DNA of 64,000 nt from Colwellia sp. (GTDB lineage: Bacteria; Pseudomonadota; Gammaproteobacteria; Enterobacterales; Alteromonadaceae). Positions within the stretch are counted from its first letter, which is position 1. Each line of letters begins with the position of its first letter. Positions 11,672 through 20,901 of the stretch are shown piece after piece. Position numbers and translations under genes: made by a program. The notes beneath the pieces were generated by a model, which saw only the letters and a program-made list of their open reading frames with translations, did no database searches and had not been told where the DNA came from. The stretch covers positions 6,602 to 70,601 of the forward strand of contig JADGDH010000001.1 of assembly GCA_016745015.1 (NCBI GenBank). Reading direction: 5' to 3'.

Positions 11672-13359
11672 ACTCTTGTTATTTTCTTTATTTTATCTAC
11701 AATTGCCAATACACCATTTCCCCGTGAAGGGCTTAAATGCTGCATTAACCCTAAGCTTTCAAAATAAGTATTAATATCAAATGACTTTATTTGCAGCGCG
11801 GTTTTACCATTAAAGGCAGCTAAAACTATCACCAACAAACCACGAATTATTTTTGCATCACTGTCTGATTGAAAGTAAAAAACACCTTGAGCATTTTTTG
11901 TCGCTATTACCCACGCTAAACTTTCACAACCGATGATCAAACTTTGTTCATTTCTCAAGTTTTTATCTAGGCGCTCTAGCTGTTTACCCAATAACATAAT
12001 TTCTCGGTGCCTAGAGTCCCAACTTTTAATATTTGAAAATTGATTAATAATTTCCGTACTTGTCAATCCGTTTTCAATAGAAACATTATTACTAACTACT
12101 TCTATTGAACTATCATTTTCTTGTTGAATTATTTTCATTAAACATTTAATAAAATAATCAATTTCAACGAAGGTATTGTAGGGTGCCATTGACACACGCA
12201 AGCAACCTGAGATATTTAAGTATTCCATTAATGGCATCGCGCAATGATGACCGCTACGAACAGCAACACCATAACTATCGAGACTTGTCGCTATATCATG
12301 ATTATGATGCCCTTTGACAGTAAAAGCGATCACAGGAATATCAGGCATTTTTTCTACAATAAACTTTACTCTAGCTATTTTACTTAAGGCTTGATAACAG
12401 TATTGTGTTAATTGTTGTTCGTATTCAGTTATTTCAATAGTGTTATATTGGTTAATAAAATTGACAGCCTCAGCAAAGGCAATAACGCCAGCAATATTTG
12501 GTGTGCCTGCTTCAAATTTAAATGGTAATGAATTAAATGTGGTTTGTTCTTTCAAACTTACGGTTTTAATCATTTCTCCACCCGCTTGATAAGGTGGCAT
12601 AACGTCAAGCAAAGCTTCCTTACCATACAGTACACCAACACCTGTTGGACCATACATTTTATGAGCAGAAAACACATAAAAATCACAATCAAGTGTCTGC
12701 ACATCAACAGAAAAGTGTGCTATTGATTGCGCTCCATCAATAATTGTTATTGCGCCAACCGATTTTGTTTTTTGAATAATTTCGCTAATTGGGTTTATTT
12801 TACCCAGTACATTAGATATATGCGCACAACAAACTATTTTTGTTTTATTGTTAAGTAATTTATCAAACTCAGTAAGATCAGCTTTTCCTGTAGCGTCGAG
12901 TGATAATACTTTAATCACAGCTCTTGTTTGTTCTGCAATTAATTGCCAAGGCACAATATTAGCGTGATGCTCACTCACCGCTAATATAATCTCATCTCCA
13001 ACGTTAAGGATTTTTTTACCAAGACTTGATGCAATCAAATTAATGCTTTCAGTTGTACCTTTTGTCCAAACAATTTCTTTATTACTTTTTGCATTAATGA
13101 AAGCTCTAACGGTATCTCGCGTCTGCTCAAAAGCTATTGTAGCCTTAGTGCTTAAGCTATGTGATGCACGATGAACATTCGCATTAATATTTTGATAAAA
13201 ATACTGATAGCACGCTATAACACATGCAGGCTTTTGCGTGGTTGCTCCGTTATCAAGGTAAACAAGTGGCGATAGCCCTTTCACTTGAGTATTTAATCGT
13301 GGGTTGCCACAAACAAGAGGAAAGTGTTGACGAAATTTTTTCGAATCAAAGTGTTTCAT
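11668..13359 (-). CDS. csdA: Group II cysteine desulfurase (CsdA/SufS type) fused to a C-terminal CsdE/SufE sulfur-acceptor domain
   Basis: YLDNGATTQKP, PLP lysine FSAHKMYGPTG, catalytic RSGHHCA, then in frame SWDSRHREIMLLG...GCESLAW...DSDAKIIRG...LSPSRGNG. Start inferred at ATG 13359 (MKHFDSKKFR); the ORF track extends to 13407. Confidence 0.9.
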   Translation of the reverse strand: MKHFDSKKFRQHFPLVCGNPRLNTQVKGLSPLVYLDNGATTQKPACVIACYQYFYQNINANVHRASHSLSTKATIAFEQTRDTVRAFINAKSNKEIVWTKGTTESINLIASSLGKKILNVGDEIILAVSEHHANIVPWQLIAEQTRAVIKVLSLDATGKADLTEFDKLLNNKTKIVCCAHISNVLGKINPISEIIQKTKSVGAITIIDGAQSIAHFSVDVQTLDCDFYVFSAHKMYGPTGVGVLYGKEALLDVMPPYQAGGEMIKTVSLKEQTTFNSLPFKFEAGTPNIAGVIAFAEAVNFINQYNTIEITEYEQQLTQYCYQALSKIARVKFIVEKMPDIPVIAFTVKGHHNHDIATSLDSYGVAVRSGHHCAMPLMEYLNISGCLRVSMAPYNTFVEIDYFIKCLMKIIQQENDSSIEVVSNNVSIENGLTSTEIINQFSNIKSWDSRHREIMLLGKQLERLDKNLRNEQSLIIGCESLAWVIATKNAQGVFYFQSDSDAKIIRGLLVIVLAAFNGKTALQIKSFDINTYFESLGLMQHLSPSRGNGVLAIVDKIKKITRV

Positions 13360-13561
13360 GTATAAATTTCTACTTATAAAAACAATAAGATAATAATTTA
13401 GTAACAATTATACATTATATACTCAGGTGACTTCAAAATGCTTGTTCGTACATTTTAAAGTCACTTAGATATTTAATCGATAAAAAGCAAATTATACTTA
13501 TGTAATTTAGGTTGTTTGGGAGTATAATGAATGGGTAATAAGGATTATACAGGAGAATATC

Positions 13562-13813
13562 ATGGCATTATATTCATGGTTTTTAAGGACTGATAACAAG
13601 CCAAAAATCAAAAGTGTACGCATTAGAAAAAATTCACTTCGGGCATCTGGGTCTGCTAAGTACATAGAAAACTATACTATGTGGCCAACAGCAAAAATTA
13701 AACAAGATATAAAAGTAACATTACCAGATTATGGTAATTTAAAGAGTAATACATACCAAGATCAAAAAACTATCATATCAACTAAAACTGAGTTAGCTGT
13801 AATTAAAAGTTAA
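13562..13813 (+). CDS. Small basic hypothetical protein (83 aa)
   Basis: AGGAG RBS shortly before the ATG, TATAAT at 13523-13528, fills an intergenic gap. No recognisable domain. Confidence 0.5.
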   Translation: MALYSWFLRTDNKPKIKSVRIRKNSLRASGSAKYIENYTMWPTAKIKQDIKVTLPDYGNLKSNTYQDQKTIISTKTELAVIKS

Positions 13814-13861
13814 ATAAAAACCAAGTAACTGTCAGATCTGAGCTACTGCATCTAAGGAGTA

Positions 13862-15385
13862 TTAAAACTTTCCTTGGCGCACCATTTTTTTCCTTTTCAC
13901 ATCCTGCTCCCAAGTTACTGCTTTTTCAAGCCAGTAACTTGCTTGGGCAGAGCCTTGTTGAAAATGGGCTAATGCAATATTATAATGAAAGCTTGGCATT
14001 GAATATTGCTTCGAGTTTTCTTGTAGCAGTGTGGAGTATAGTTTAGGAAAATCTAGCGCAAAATATTGTAACTTTGTTCGATATGAAACTGCCTTAAAGG
14101 CACTAAAATCATTCTTTGACGAGTAAGTAGAATTATTACATGTTTGCGCATTAAATACTCCCACTTCATGTTTGAATTCCTCAGGGCTTCCTAGTTGCCA
14201 GTAATGTTCACCATTTATGCTTGTAACTGATTGTAAAATAGGGGTGCTTCTTTTAATGTATTTTCCCCATGCTAATTGCTTCAATAGATTGGCGCGAATA
14301 TCTTTCTGATTACCTTGATAATGTTTTTTCAAAACAGATATGTTTTTTGAAAATAAGGTTTTCTGGATAGCTTGACATTTAACATGCTCAACTGCCAACG
14401 GATATTCATCAACAAAGCCCAATAAGTGACTTATTTCATGGGCCAAAATATCAACAGTGTCTTTCGCATCAAAATACAACACACCATAATGAACATTAGC
14501 TCCACCTTGAGGTAACATAATACCTACATAGCGCGCATTAATAGTACTAGCCCATGATTGCCAATTTGATTCATCACAACGAATAGCTACATCTTGTTTA
14601 TTACTACAATTAAGTGCATTTATTGGCATATAACGTACTGGAGAAAAACAAACAAAGTTATTCAGTGCTTGCTTTTTAAAGTCTAGAATTATTTCATCAA
14701 GTCGCTTCAAGTGATTTAAATTTGTTGCAAATAGTTGGATACTATTATCACAACTCAAACCTACCAAGCTAGACGCTATAATTTTATTGTCATTGAGCTG
14801 TATTTGATATTTTTGAATATCACCTAACAGCAATAGCCCCTCTTTTGAGCTTTCCAATTGTTGAACATACTTGCTAATTATCCTTTGAGCATCAACGATT
14901 TCTCCTAAGTTAATAGCTATCTTCACTTTGATAATGATAGCTTCATCACTTAGTTTTTCAAATAATTCTATTGGTAATGAATCTAAGACTTCAGCTGCTT
15001 TAATTAACTCGCCTTGTTGAAAGTACAATTGAGCTAAGCCTGTTGATGCTTTCAGATAATTAAGCCTTATAGCGCTTTTATACCAAAAAACAGCTTGTTT
15101 TGATTTAAAATGGTAATAAAGAGCAAGTTGATAAGCGGCCTCACCTTCCCTTTTCGCCAACATTTTTGCTAATGTTAACCACTGTTCACTGTATAATGGT
15201 GCTTTTTTCCAGGCAAAGTTAAGTGCTGTTAAGTTTTCTTGTTCAATAGCAAAGTTTAACTGAGTTATACTATGTTCATTTTCAATAATTCTTTTTGTTA
15301 GGTACTCATTTAAAAAAAATGAGCTTGTTGATAATCCTATTAACAGGAAAACCAACAAACTCATAATGATTAGTTTGTATTTCAT
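13862..15385 (-). CDS. Membrane-anchored or exported Sel1/TPR-repeat protein with HEXXH metalloprotease-like motif
   Basis: N-terminal hydrophobic segment; Sel1-like AAYQLALYY...AVFWYKSA and ASYWLEKA; ILAHEISHLLGFVDEY. Confidence 0.7.
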   Translation of the reverse strand: MKYKLIIMSLLVFLLIGLSTSSFFLNEYLTKRIIENEHSITQLNFAIEQENLTALNFAWKKAPLYSEQWLTLAKMLAKREGEAAYQLALYYHFKSKQAVFWYKSAIRLNYLKASTGLAQLYFQQGELIKAAEVLDSLPIELFEKLSDEAIIIKVKIAINLGEIVDAQRIISKYVQQLESSKEGLLLLGDIQKYQIQLNDNKIIASSLVGLSCDNSIQLFATNLNHLKRLDEIILDFKKQALNNFVCFSPVRYMPINALNCSNKQDVAIRCDESNWQSWASTINARYVGIMLPQGGANVHYGVLYFDAKDTVDILAHEISHLLGFVDEYPLAVEHVKCQAIQKTLFSKNISVLKKHYQGNQKDIRANLLKQLAWGKYIKRSTPILQSVTSINGEHYWQLGSPEEFKHEVGVFNAQTCNNSTYSSKNDFSAFKAVSYRTKLQYFALDFPKLYSTLLQENSKQYSMPSFHYNIALAHFQQGSAQASYWLEKAVTWEQDVKRKKMVRQGKF

Positions 15386-15419
15386 CTATTTCTACTCAAG
15401 CCATTTCGAGATGAGAGTT

Positions 15420-16364
15420 TTAAGGTTTACTTTTTTGCTCTACTGAAGTTACTTTTTTCGTGCGCATTAACTCTAACTCAAGTCTGGCATATCTATGCTC
15501 AACAAACTCATATACGTTGGTACTTAAAGATAACTTAAAGAAATTAGCTGCTGCGCCGTTATAACCAATATTTTGATTATATTTTCCTAAATAGAAGTAT
15601 GCTTCACATAATCTGTCAGTTAATTCTTTATTTGAGTTAACATTTCTCGTTAATTCACTAATAAATTTTTCTTGGCTTATTTCATCTAAATATAAGTAAA
15701 TAACTTGTTTAGCCCAAGTACGATCATCAACTAACCTTGCTCTTTCTTTTAATTTTTGTTTCGCTAATGTAGCATCAACTTCATGTTCGGCTAGATATAA
15801 CCATAATAATCTATATGGATCATCGCTTTGCTTATGGTGGAAGTCATTAAAATCTTGCGCAGCTAATTCAGGCCTATCTCCATAATACAACGCAATTCCT
15901 CGGTTTAAATGGGCATACTCATGCTCAGGAGCAAGCTCTAAAACAGCATCAAACTTTTCATATGCTTGAGAAAACTCTTTTAATTGAGTGAAATGTATAC
16001 CTAAAAAGTTATAAGCATCAATCAAGTTAGGCTTTAGTTGTAAAGCATGAGAGAAATCTATACGGGCCAATGAACGTAAGCCAACACTGTCATACAATAC
16101 ACCACGATCATAATGAAGTTGTGCTTTTTGCTCATCAGTTATTTTAACTCGACTAATAACCTCTGATAAACGCGCAATAGCAATTTCACTTTTGAAATTA
16201 ATCGCTAAAGGCTCTGCAATGACTAATTGGTTCATAGTAGCAGAACTAGCACTATCATTAGATTGATTTGATATACACCCTTGTGTAAATAATGCCATCA
16301 AAATAACGCTAATCAACATTAACGGTTTACACTTGAACTTGAATTTGGAAAAGAATAAATTCAC
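15420..16364 (-). CDS. nlpI: Lipoprotein NlpI
   Basis: Lipobox FTQG-C, TPRs (RGVLYDSVGL, YNFLGIH), EAYFYLGK, YEFVEHRYA. Downstream of pnp. Confidence 0.95.
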   Translation of the reverse strand: MNLFFSKFKFKCKPLMLISVILMALFTQGCISNQSNDSASSATMNQLVIAEPLAINFKSEIAIARLSEVISRVKITDEQKAQLHYDRGVLYDSVGLRSLARIDFSHALQLKPNLIDAYNFLGIHFTQLKEFSQAYEKFDAVLELAPEHEYAHLNRGIALYYGDRPELAAQDFNDFHHKQSDDPYRLLWLYLAEHEVDATLAKQKLKERARLVDDRTWAKQVIYLYLDEISQEKFISELTRNVNSNKELTDRLCEAYFYLGKYNQNIGYNGAAANFFKLSLSTNVYEFVEHRYARLELELMRTKKVTSVEQKSKP

Positions 16365-16428
16365 TAATTTGCCTTAAAAATAATAAAATCAGATGTCGCT
16401 TATTTATGATTGTACTTGATTTACCAAC

Positions 16429-16455
16429 AAAAAAGGAGCCATAAGGCTCCTTTTT
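16429..16455 (-). terminator. Intrinsic terminator after pnp (bidirectional-type)
   Basis: AAAAAAGGAGCC-ataa-GGCTCCTTTTT. Confidence 0.85.
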
Positions 16456-16500
16456 AATAGACTAAATTGTAAATTATTTAGTCAGTTTTTAAAAATAGAA

Positions 16501-18615
16501 TTACTCAGCAGCTGGGGTTGCTTCTGCTGGTTTTTCCATTGCTTCTTTAATACTTAAACGAACACGACCTTGGCGATCTACTTCGAGTACTTTAACTTTC
16601 ACTTCTTGGCCTTCCGTTAACACGTCACTTACGCTGTTAACACGCTCTTCTGAAATTTGTGAAATATGTACTAAGCCATCTTTACCTGGTAATACATTAA
16701 CAAAAGCACCAAAATCTACGATACGAACCACTTTACCTGTGTAAAGTGTACCCACTTCAATTTCAGCAGTTAACGCTTTAATGCGATTAATCGCATCTTC
16801 TGCTTGCTCACCTGAAGTTGCTGCAATTTTAACAGTACCATCGTCATCAATTTCGATGGTAGTGCCTGTTTCTTCAGTCAATTGACGAATAGTTGCGCCA
16901 CCTTTACCGATAATGTCACGAATTTTATCTTGGCTAACTTTTAGCTTATGAATACGTGGGGCAAATTCAGAGATTTCTTCTCTGTGTCCCGCAATAGCTT
17001 CATCCATTACAGATAAAATATGAGTACGTGCTGCTTTTGCTTGATTTAACGCAATTTGCATAATTTCTTGCGTGATACCTTCAATTTTGATATCCATTTG
17101 TAATGCAGTAATACCACCAGTAGTACCCGCAACTTTAAAGTCCATGTCACCTAAATGATCTTCATCACCTAAAATATCAGAAAGAACAACAAATTTCTCA
17201 CCTTCTTTCACTAGACCCATTGCAATACCTGCAACAGACGCTTTAATTGGTACACCTGCATCCATAAGAGCAAGTGAAGTACCACAAACAGAAGCCATTG
17301 AAGATGAACCGTTAGACTCAGTAATTTCAGAAACAACACGTACAGCGTACGGGAATTCTTCAACAGTAGGCATAACCGCTAACATACCGCGCTTTGCTAA
17401 ACGACCATGACCAATTTCACGACGTTTAGGTGAGCCAACAAAGCCAGTTTCACCAACACAGTATGGAGGGAAGTTATAATGAAGCATGAATGCATCAGTT
17501 TTCTCACCTAAAATGCTATCAATACGTTGTGCATCACGTTGCGTACCAAGAGTAGCAGTAACAATGGCTTGAGTTTCACCACGCGTAAATAAAGATGAAC
17601 CATGAGTACGTGGTAATACGCCAGTCATCACGTCTAATGCACGAATAGATTCAGGATCACGACCATCAATACGAGGGTTACCATCTGTAATACGACCACG
17701 AACAACTATTTTTTCTAAATCATGAAATAAATCTTTAGCTTCTTGAACGTCAAGATCAGCATCTTGTGCTAGTAATGCTTCAACTACTGAGTTGCGAATT
17801 TCTTTAATTTTTTCATAACGAACTGCTTTTTCAGTAATTTGATAAGCTTCGTTTACTTGAGCTTCTGAAAGCTCTGCAATTTTAGCGACTAAGTCAGCAT
17901 TTTTAACTGGAGCAACCCAATCCCAAGATGGAGTATTAACTTCTTCTTTGAATTCTTTAATTGCAGAAACAGCCACTTGCATTTGCTCATGACCAAACAT
18001 TACTGCGCCAAGCATAACTTCTTCAGATAATACGTCAGCTTCTGATTCAACCATTAATACAGCAGAATCTGTACCTGAAACCACTAAGTCTAATTGACTT
18101 GTTGGCAATTCAGACTGTAATGGGTTAAGAATGTATTGACCTTCAGTATAACCAACACGCGCTGCGCCAACTGGGCCGCTAAACGGAACACCCGCAATAG
18201 CAAGTGCAGCAGAAGCACCAATTAATGAAATAATGTCAGGAGCAATTTCAGGGTTAACCGAAACAACTGTGATAATAATTTGCACTTCATTAATAAAGCC
18301 TTCAGGGAATAATGGACGAAGTGGACGGTCAATTAAACGTGCGATTAATGTTTCTTCTTCTGAAGGACGACCTTCACGTTTAAAGAAACTACCTGGAATT
18401 TTACCTGCAGCGTAAGTACGCTCTTGATAGTTTATTGTTAACGGGAAGAAATCTTGACCTGGTTTAGCTTCTTTTTTAGCAACAACTGATACTAGTACAC
18501 AAGTATCGTCCATGCTAGCCATTACAGCGGCTGATGCTTGACGAGCAATTGTGCCCGTTTCTAGTGTTACGGTATGTTTACCGAATTGAAATTTTTTAGT
18601 TACTGGATTAAACAT
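16501..18615 (-). CDS. pnp: Polyribonucleotide nucleotidyltransferase
   Basis: [34 protein letters not shown] and S1 domains. Confidence 0.98.
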   Translation of the reverse strand: MFNPVTKKFQFGKHTVTLETGTIARQASAAVMASMDDTCVLVSVVAKKEAKPGQDFFPLTINYQERTYAAGKIPGSFFKREGRPSEEETLIARLIDRPLRPLFPEGFINEVQIIITVVSVNPEIAPDIISLIGASAALAIAGVPFSGPVGAARVGYTEGQYILNPLQSELPTSQLDLVVSGTDSAVLMVESEADVLSEEVMLGAVMFGHEQMQVAVSAIKEFKEEVNTPSWDWVAPVKNADLVAKIAELSEAQVNEAYQITEKAVRYEKIKEIRNSVVEALLAQDADLDVQEAKDLFHDLEKIVVRGRITDGNPRIDGRDPESIRALDVMTGVLPRTHGSSLFTRGETQAIVTATLGTQRDAQRIDSILGEKTDAFMLHYNFPPYCVGETGFVGSPKRREIGHGRLAKRGMLAVMPTVEEFPYAVRVVSEITESNGSSSMASVCGTSLALMDAGVPIKASVAGIAMGLVKEGEKFVVLSDILGDEDHLGDMDFKVAGTTGGITALQMDIKIEGITQEIMQIALNQAKAARTHILSVMDEAIAGHREEISEFAPRIHKLKVSQDKIRDIIGKGGATIRQLTEETGTTIEIDDDGTVKIAATSGEQAEDAINRIKALTAEIEVGTLYTGKVVRIVDFGAFVNVLPGKDGLVHISQISEERVNSVSDVLTEGQEVKVKVLEVDRQGRVRLSIKEAMEKPAEATPAAE

Positions 18616-18680
18616 CTAATGTGTTCCTTAATTTTTACGTTTTGCCTTATAAATCAAAAACAACAACGTATTTATATTTT

Positions 18681-18777
18681 AATCAATCTGTACAATTATT
18701 TATTCACTTAGGCACTATATTATTTAGGCACCACATTACAGTTAAGTTGAACAAAAAATTATACAGTTTGATTGATT
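18681..18777 (-). promoter_or_regulatory. Long bulged hairpin in the pnp 5' leader (probable RNase III autoregulation stem)
   Basis: Transcript strand AATCAAT-caaa-CTGTATAATT pairs with AATTGTACAG-ATTGATT (one G.U). Same position as the RNase III-cleaved pnp leader of enterobacteria. Confidence 0.55.
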
Positions 18778-18966
18778 ATTTTCTTTAAAGTTTTCACTTA
18801 ATTTATCACAAAATACAATGGCAAAAAAATCAAGCACGCATATTATACTGACCCTGTAGTTATTTACTAGCAAGAATAACTAGTTAACACTTTTTGACTA
18901 CAAAAAAGATTATTCTTTTGTTCTAATTAAGCAGTTCGAATCAAATAAATTCAAATTTAGAAAAGC

Positions 18967-18993
18967 AAAAAGGAGCCCTCGGCTCCTTTTTTT
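18967..18993 (-). terminator. Intrinsic terminator after rpsO
   Basis: AAAAAGGAGCC-ctc-GGCTCCTTTTTTT. Confidence 0.85.
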
Positions 18994-19016
18994 AATAATT
19001 CGTATAAAACGAACTA

Positions 19017-19286
19017 TTAACGACGTAGACCTAATTTACCAATTAAAGCAGTATAACGATCAACGTTTTTGCCTTTTAAGTAATCAAGTAATTTACGACG
19101 TTGTGCAACCATGCGTAATAAACCACGACGTGAATGATGATCATGGATGTGCTCTTTGAAGTGACCTTGTAAGTGGTTGATTTGTGTAGTTAACAAAGCA
19201 ACTTGTACTTCTGGTGAACCTGTATCACCTTCTTTTTGAGCGTATTCTGCAACAATTGCAGCTTTTTCTGTAGCATTTAAAGACAT
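19017..19286 (-). CDS. rpsO: 30S ribosomal protein S15
   Basis: [14 protein letters not shown]...[12 protein letters not shown]. Confidence 0.99.
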   Translation of the reverse strand: MSLNATEKAAIVAEYAQKEGDTGSPEVQVALLTTQINHLQGHFKEHIHDHHSRRGLLRMVAQRRKLLDYLKGKNVDRYTALIGKLGLRR

Positions 19287-19392
19287 TATTAATCCTTAGT
19301 GTGAAACTCATCTGTCACCATTTTTACTAAAGCAAGAGAGAGTTAAAATAACCACCCAAGCCAAACACTAATTCAGCCGAGGTAACAAAAGA
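19287..19392 (-). promoter_or_regulatory. S15 autoregulatory leader RNA
   Basis: GCTGAATTAGTGTTTGGC (19377-19360) resembles the gammaproteobacterial S15-leader core GCTGAATTAGAGATCGGC as I recall it. Confidence 0.6.
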
Positions 19393-19398
19393 GCGCGT

Positions 19399-19426
19399 AT
19401 TCTAGCAGCCAATAGATAAATTGCAA
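19399..19426 (-). promoter_or_regulatory. sigma70 promoter of rpsO
   Basis: TTGCAA-16 nt-TAGAAT followed by GC-rich discriminator ACGCGC. Confidence 0.65.
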
Positions 19427-19486
19427 GAGTTAAAGCGCGACAATACTAATTTTAAAGTTTAACTTTTTCCAAGAGAAAATATACAG

Positions 19487-20434
19487 TTAAATTACCACAA
19501 TACGTTTTGGTGCTACTTGGCCATCATCATTAATAAAACCAACTCCAATAAACTCAGCTGTATCATCTTCTTCATTTTCACCAAGGTAAACCTGAACACT
19601 TCCATCCATAGGTGCTTTATAGGCATGAACTGGATTACCATGACGTAAAAAATTAGCTGACATATCATCTACATAAACTATTGGCATACCTTCAACTGCA
19701 CTTTGCATAGGTAACAGCAAAGGATCAAGCAATTCTGAAGGTGTAGTACCTTCTGAATTAGCTTGTTCAAGTAAGGCTTCTAGTTGGGGTAAAGTCACCA
19801 TTTTATCAATAGGATAACTACCAACCGCTAAACGTCGTAAATTAGCAACGTGTGCGCCACATCCTAGCAACTCACCTAAATCGTCAACAATAGTGCGAAT
19901 ATAAGTTCCTTTTGATACATGAATTGTTAATTCAACTTCTTCATGCTCAAAGCGTAATAACTCTAAAGAAAATACGGTAATATCACGCGCTTCACGAGGT
20001 ACTTCAATACCTTCACGCGCATATTTATATAAAGGTTTTCCTTGATGTTTAAGTGCTGAATACATTGACGGCACTTGTTTGGTAGTACCGCGAAAACTAT
20101 TAAGCGCATCATTTAATTGCTCATCAGATACTGATACTGGTCTTTCACTAACAACTTCACCACCGCCATCACTCGTCGTAGTACGAATACCTAACTTAGC
20201 TGTGACTTGATACTTTTTATCCGTGTCTAATAGAAATTGTGAGAACTTAGTTCCCTCACCTAAACATATTGGTAGCATCCCTGTTGCAAGCGGATCTAAC
20301 GCCCCCGTATGACCTGCTTTTTGAGCGAAATAAAGTCGTTTTACTGCTTGTAAAGCATGGTTTGATGATAGTCCATGAGGCTTATCTAAAAGTAATACGC
20401 CATTAACTGGGCGTCCTTTTCTACGTTTTGTCAT
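19487..20434 (-). CDS. truB: tRNA pseudouridine(55) synthase
   Basis: [33 protein letters not shown]. Confidence 0.98.
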   Translation of the reverse strand: MTKRRKGRPVNGVLLLDKPHGLSSNHALQAVKRLYFAQKAGHTGALDPLATGMLPICLGEGTKFSQFLLDTDKKYQVTAKLGIRTTTSDGGGEVVSERPVSVSDEQLNDALNSFRGTTKQVPSMYSALKHQGKPLYKYAREGIEVPREARDITVFSLELLRFEHEEVELTIHVSKGTYIRTIVDDLGELLGCGAHVANLRRLAVGSYPIDKMVTLPQLEALLEQANSEGTTPSELLDPLLLPMQSAVEGMPIVYVDDMSANFLRHGNPVHAYKAPMDGSVQVYLGENEEDDTAEFIGVGFINDDGQVAPKRIVVI

Positions 20435-20437
20435 GCT

Positions 20438-20836
20438 TTATTCGCTCTTTTCACTATCGTCAGTTTTTTCTTCATCATGAGTATCACTAGCAACAGCTTG
20501 ATCAACTAATGCACTCATACGTACACCTTCACTCATTGAACTGTCATAGATAAAGCGTAAATGCGGCATAATACGTGCGCGTAAACGTTTCCCTAATAAT
20601 GAGCGAATATAACCTTCAGCTTCAGCTAAGACTTCAAGGGAAGCTTTAATTTTATCTGCATCATCATTAAAAAAAGTAACAAAAACTTTTGCATACGCCA
20701 AATCGCGAGTTACTTCTACCGCTGACACGGTTGTCATACTCAAACGCGGGTCTTTAATTTCACGCATTAAAATAACTGCGATTTCTTTCTGGATTTGCTG
20801 ACCTACACGGTCAGTACGGGCATATTCTCTAGCCAT
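20438..20836 (-). CDS. rbfA: Ribosome-binding factor A
   Basis: [14 protein letters not shown]...KDPR...DLAYAKVFV...PHLRFIYD. Confidence 0.98.
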   Translation of the reverse strand: MAREYARTDRVGQQIQKEIAVILMREIKDPRLSMTTVSAVEVTRDLAYAKVFVTFFNDDADKIKASLEVLAEAEGYIRSLLGKRLRARIMPHLRFIYDSSMSEGVRMSALVDQAVASDTHDEEKTDDSEKSE

Positions 20837-20851
20837 ATATTATCTCCTAAC

Positions 20852-20877
20852 AAAAACGGAGGCTAAGCCTCCGTTTT
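20852..20877 (-). terminator. Hairpin/terminator between infB and rbfA
   Basis: AAAACGGAGGC-taa-GCCTCCGTTTT. Confidence 0.7.
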
Positions 20878-20901
20878 AACTAATATTCAAAGGTAAGTAG
20901 A

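Noticed and set aside
16429-20877. Three similar GGAG(C/G)C hairpins (16429, 18967, 20852) as a REP-like repeat family
   Set aside because: Each sits right after a gene with A/T flanks, so ordinary intrinsic terminators explain them. Loops differ and no clusters are present.
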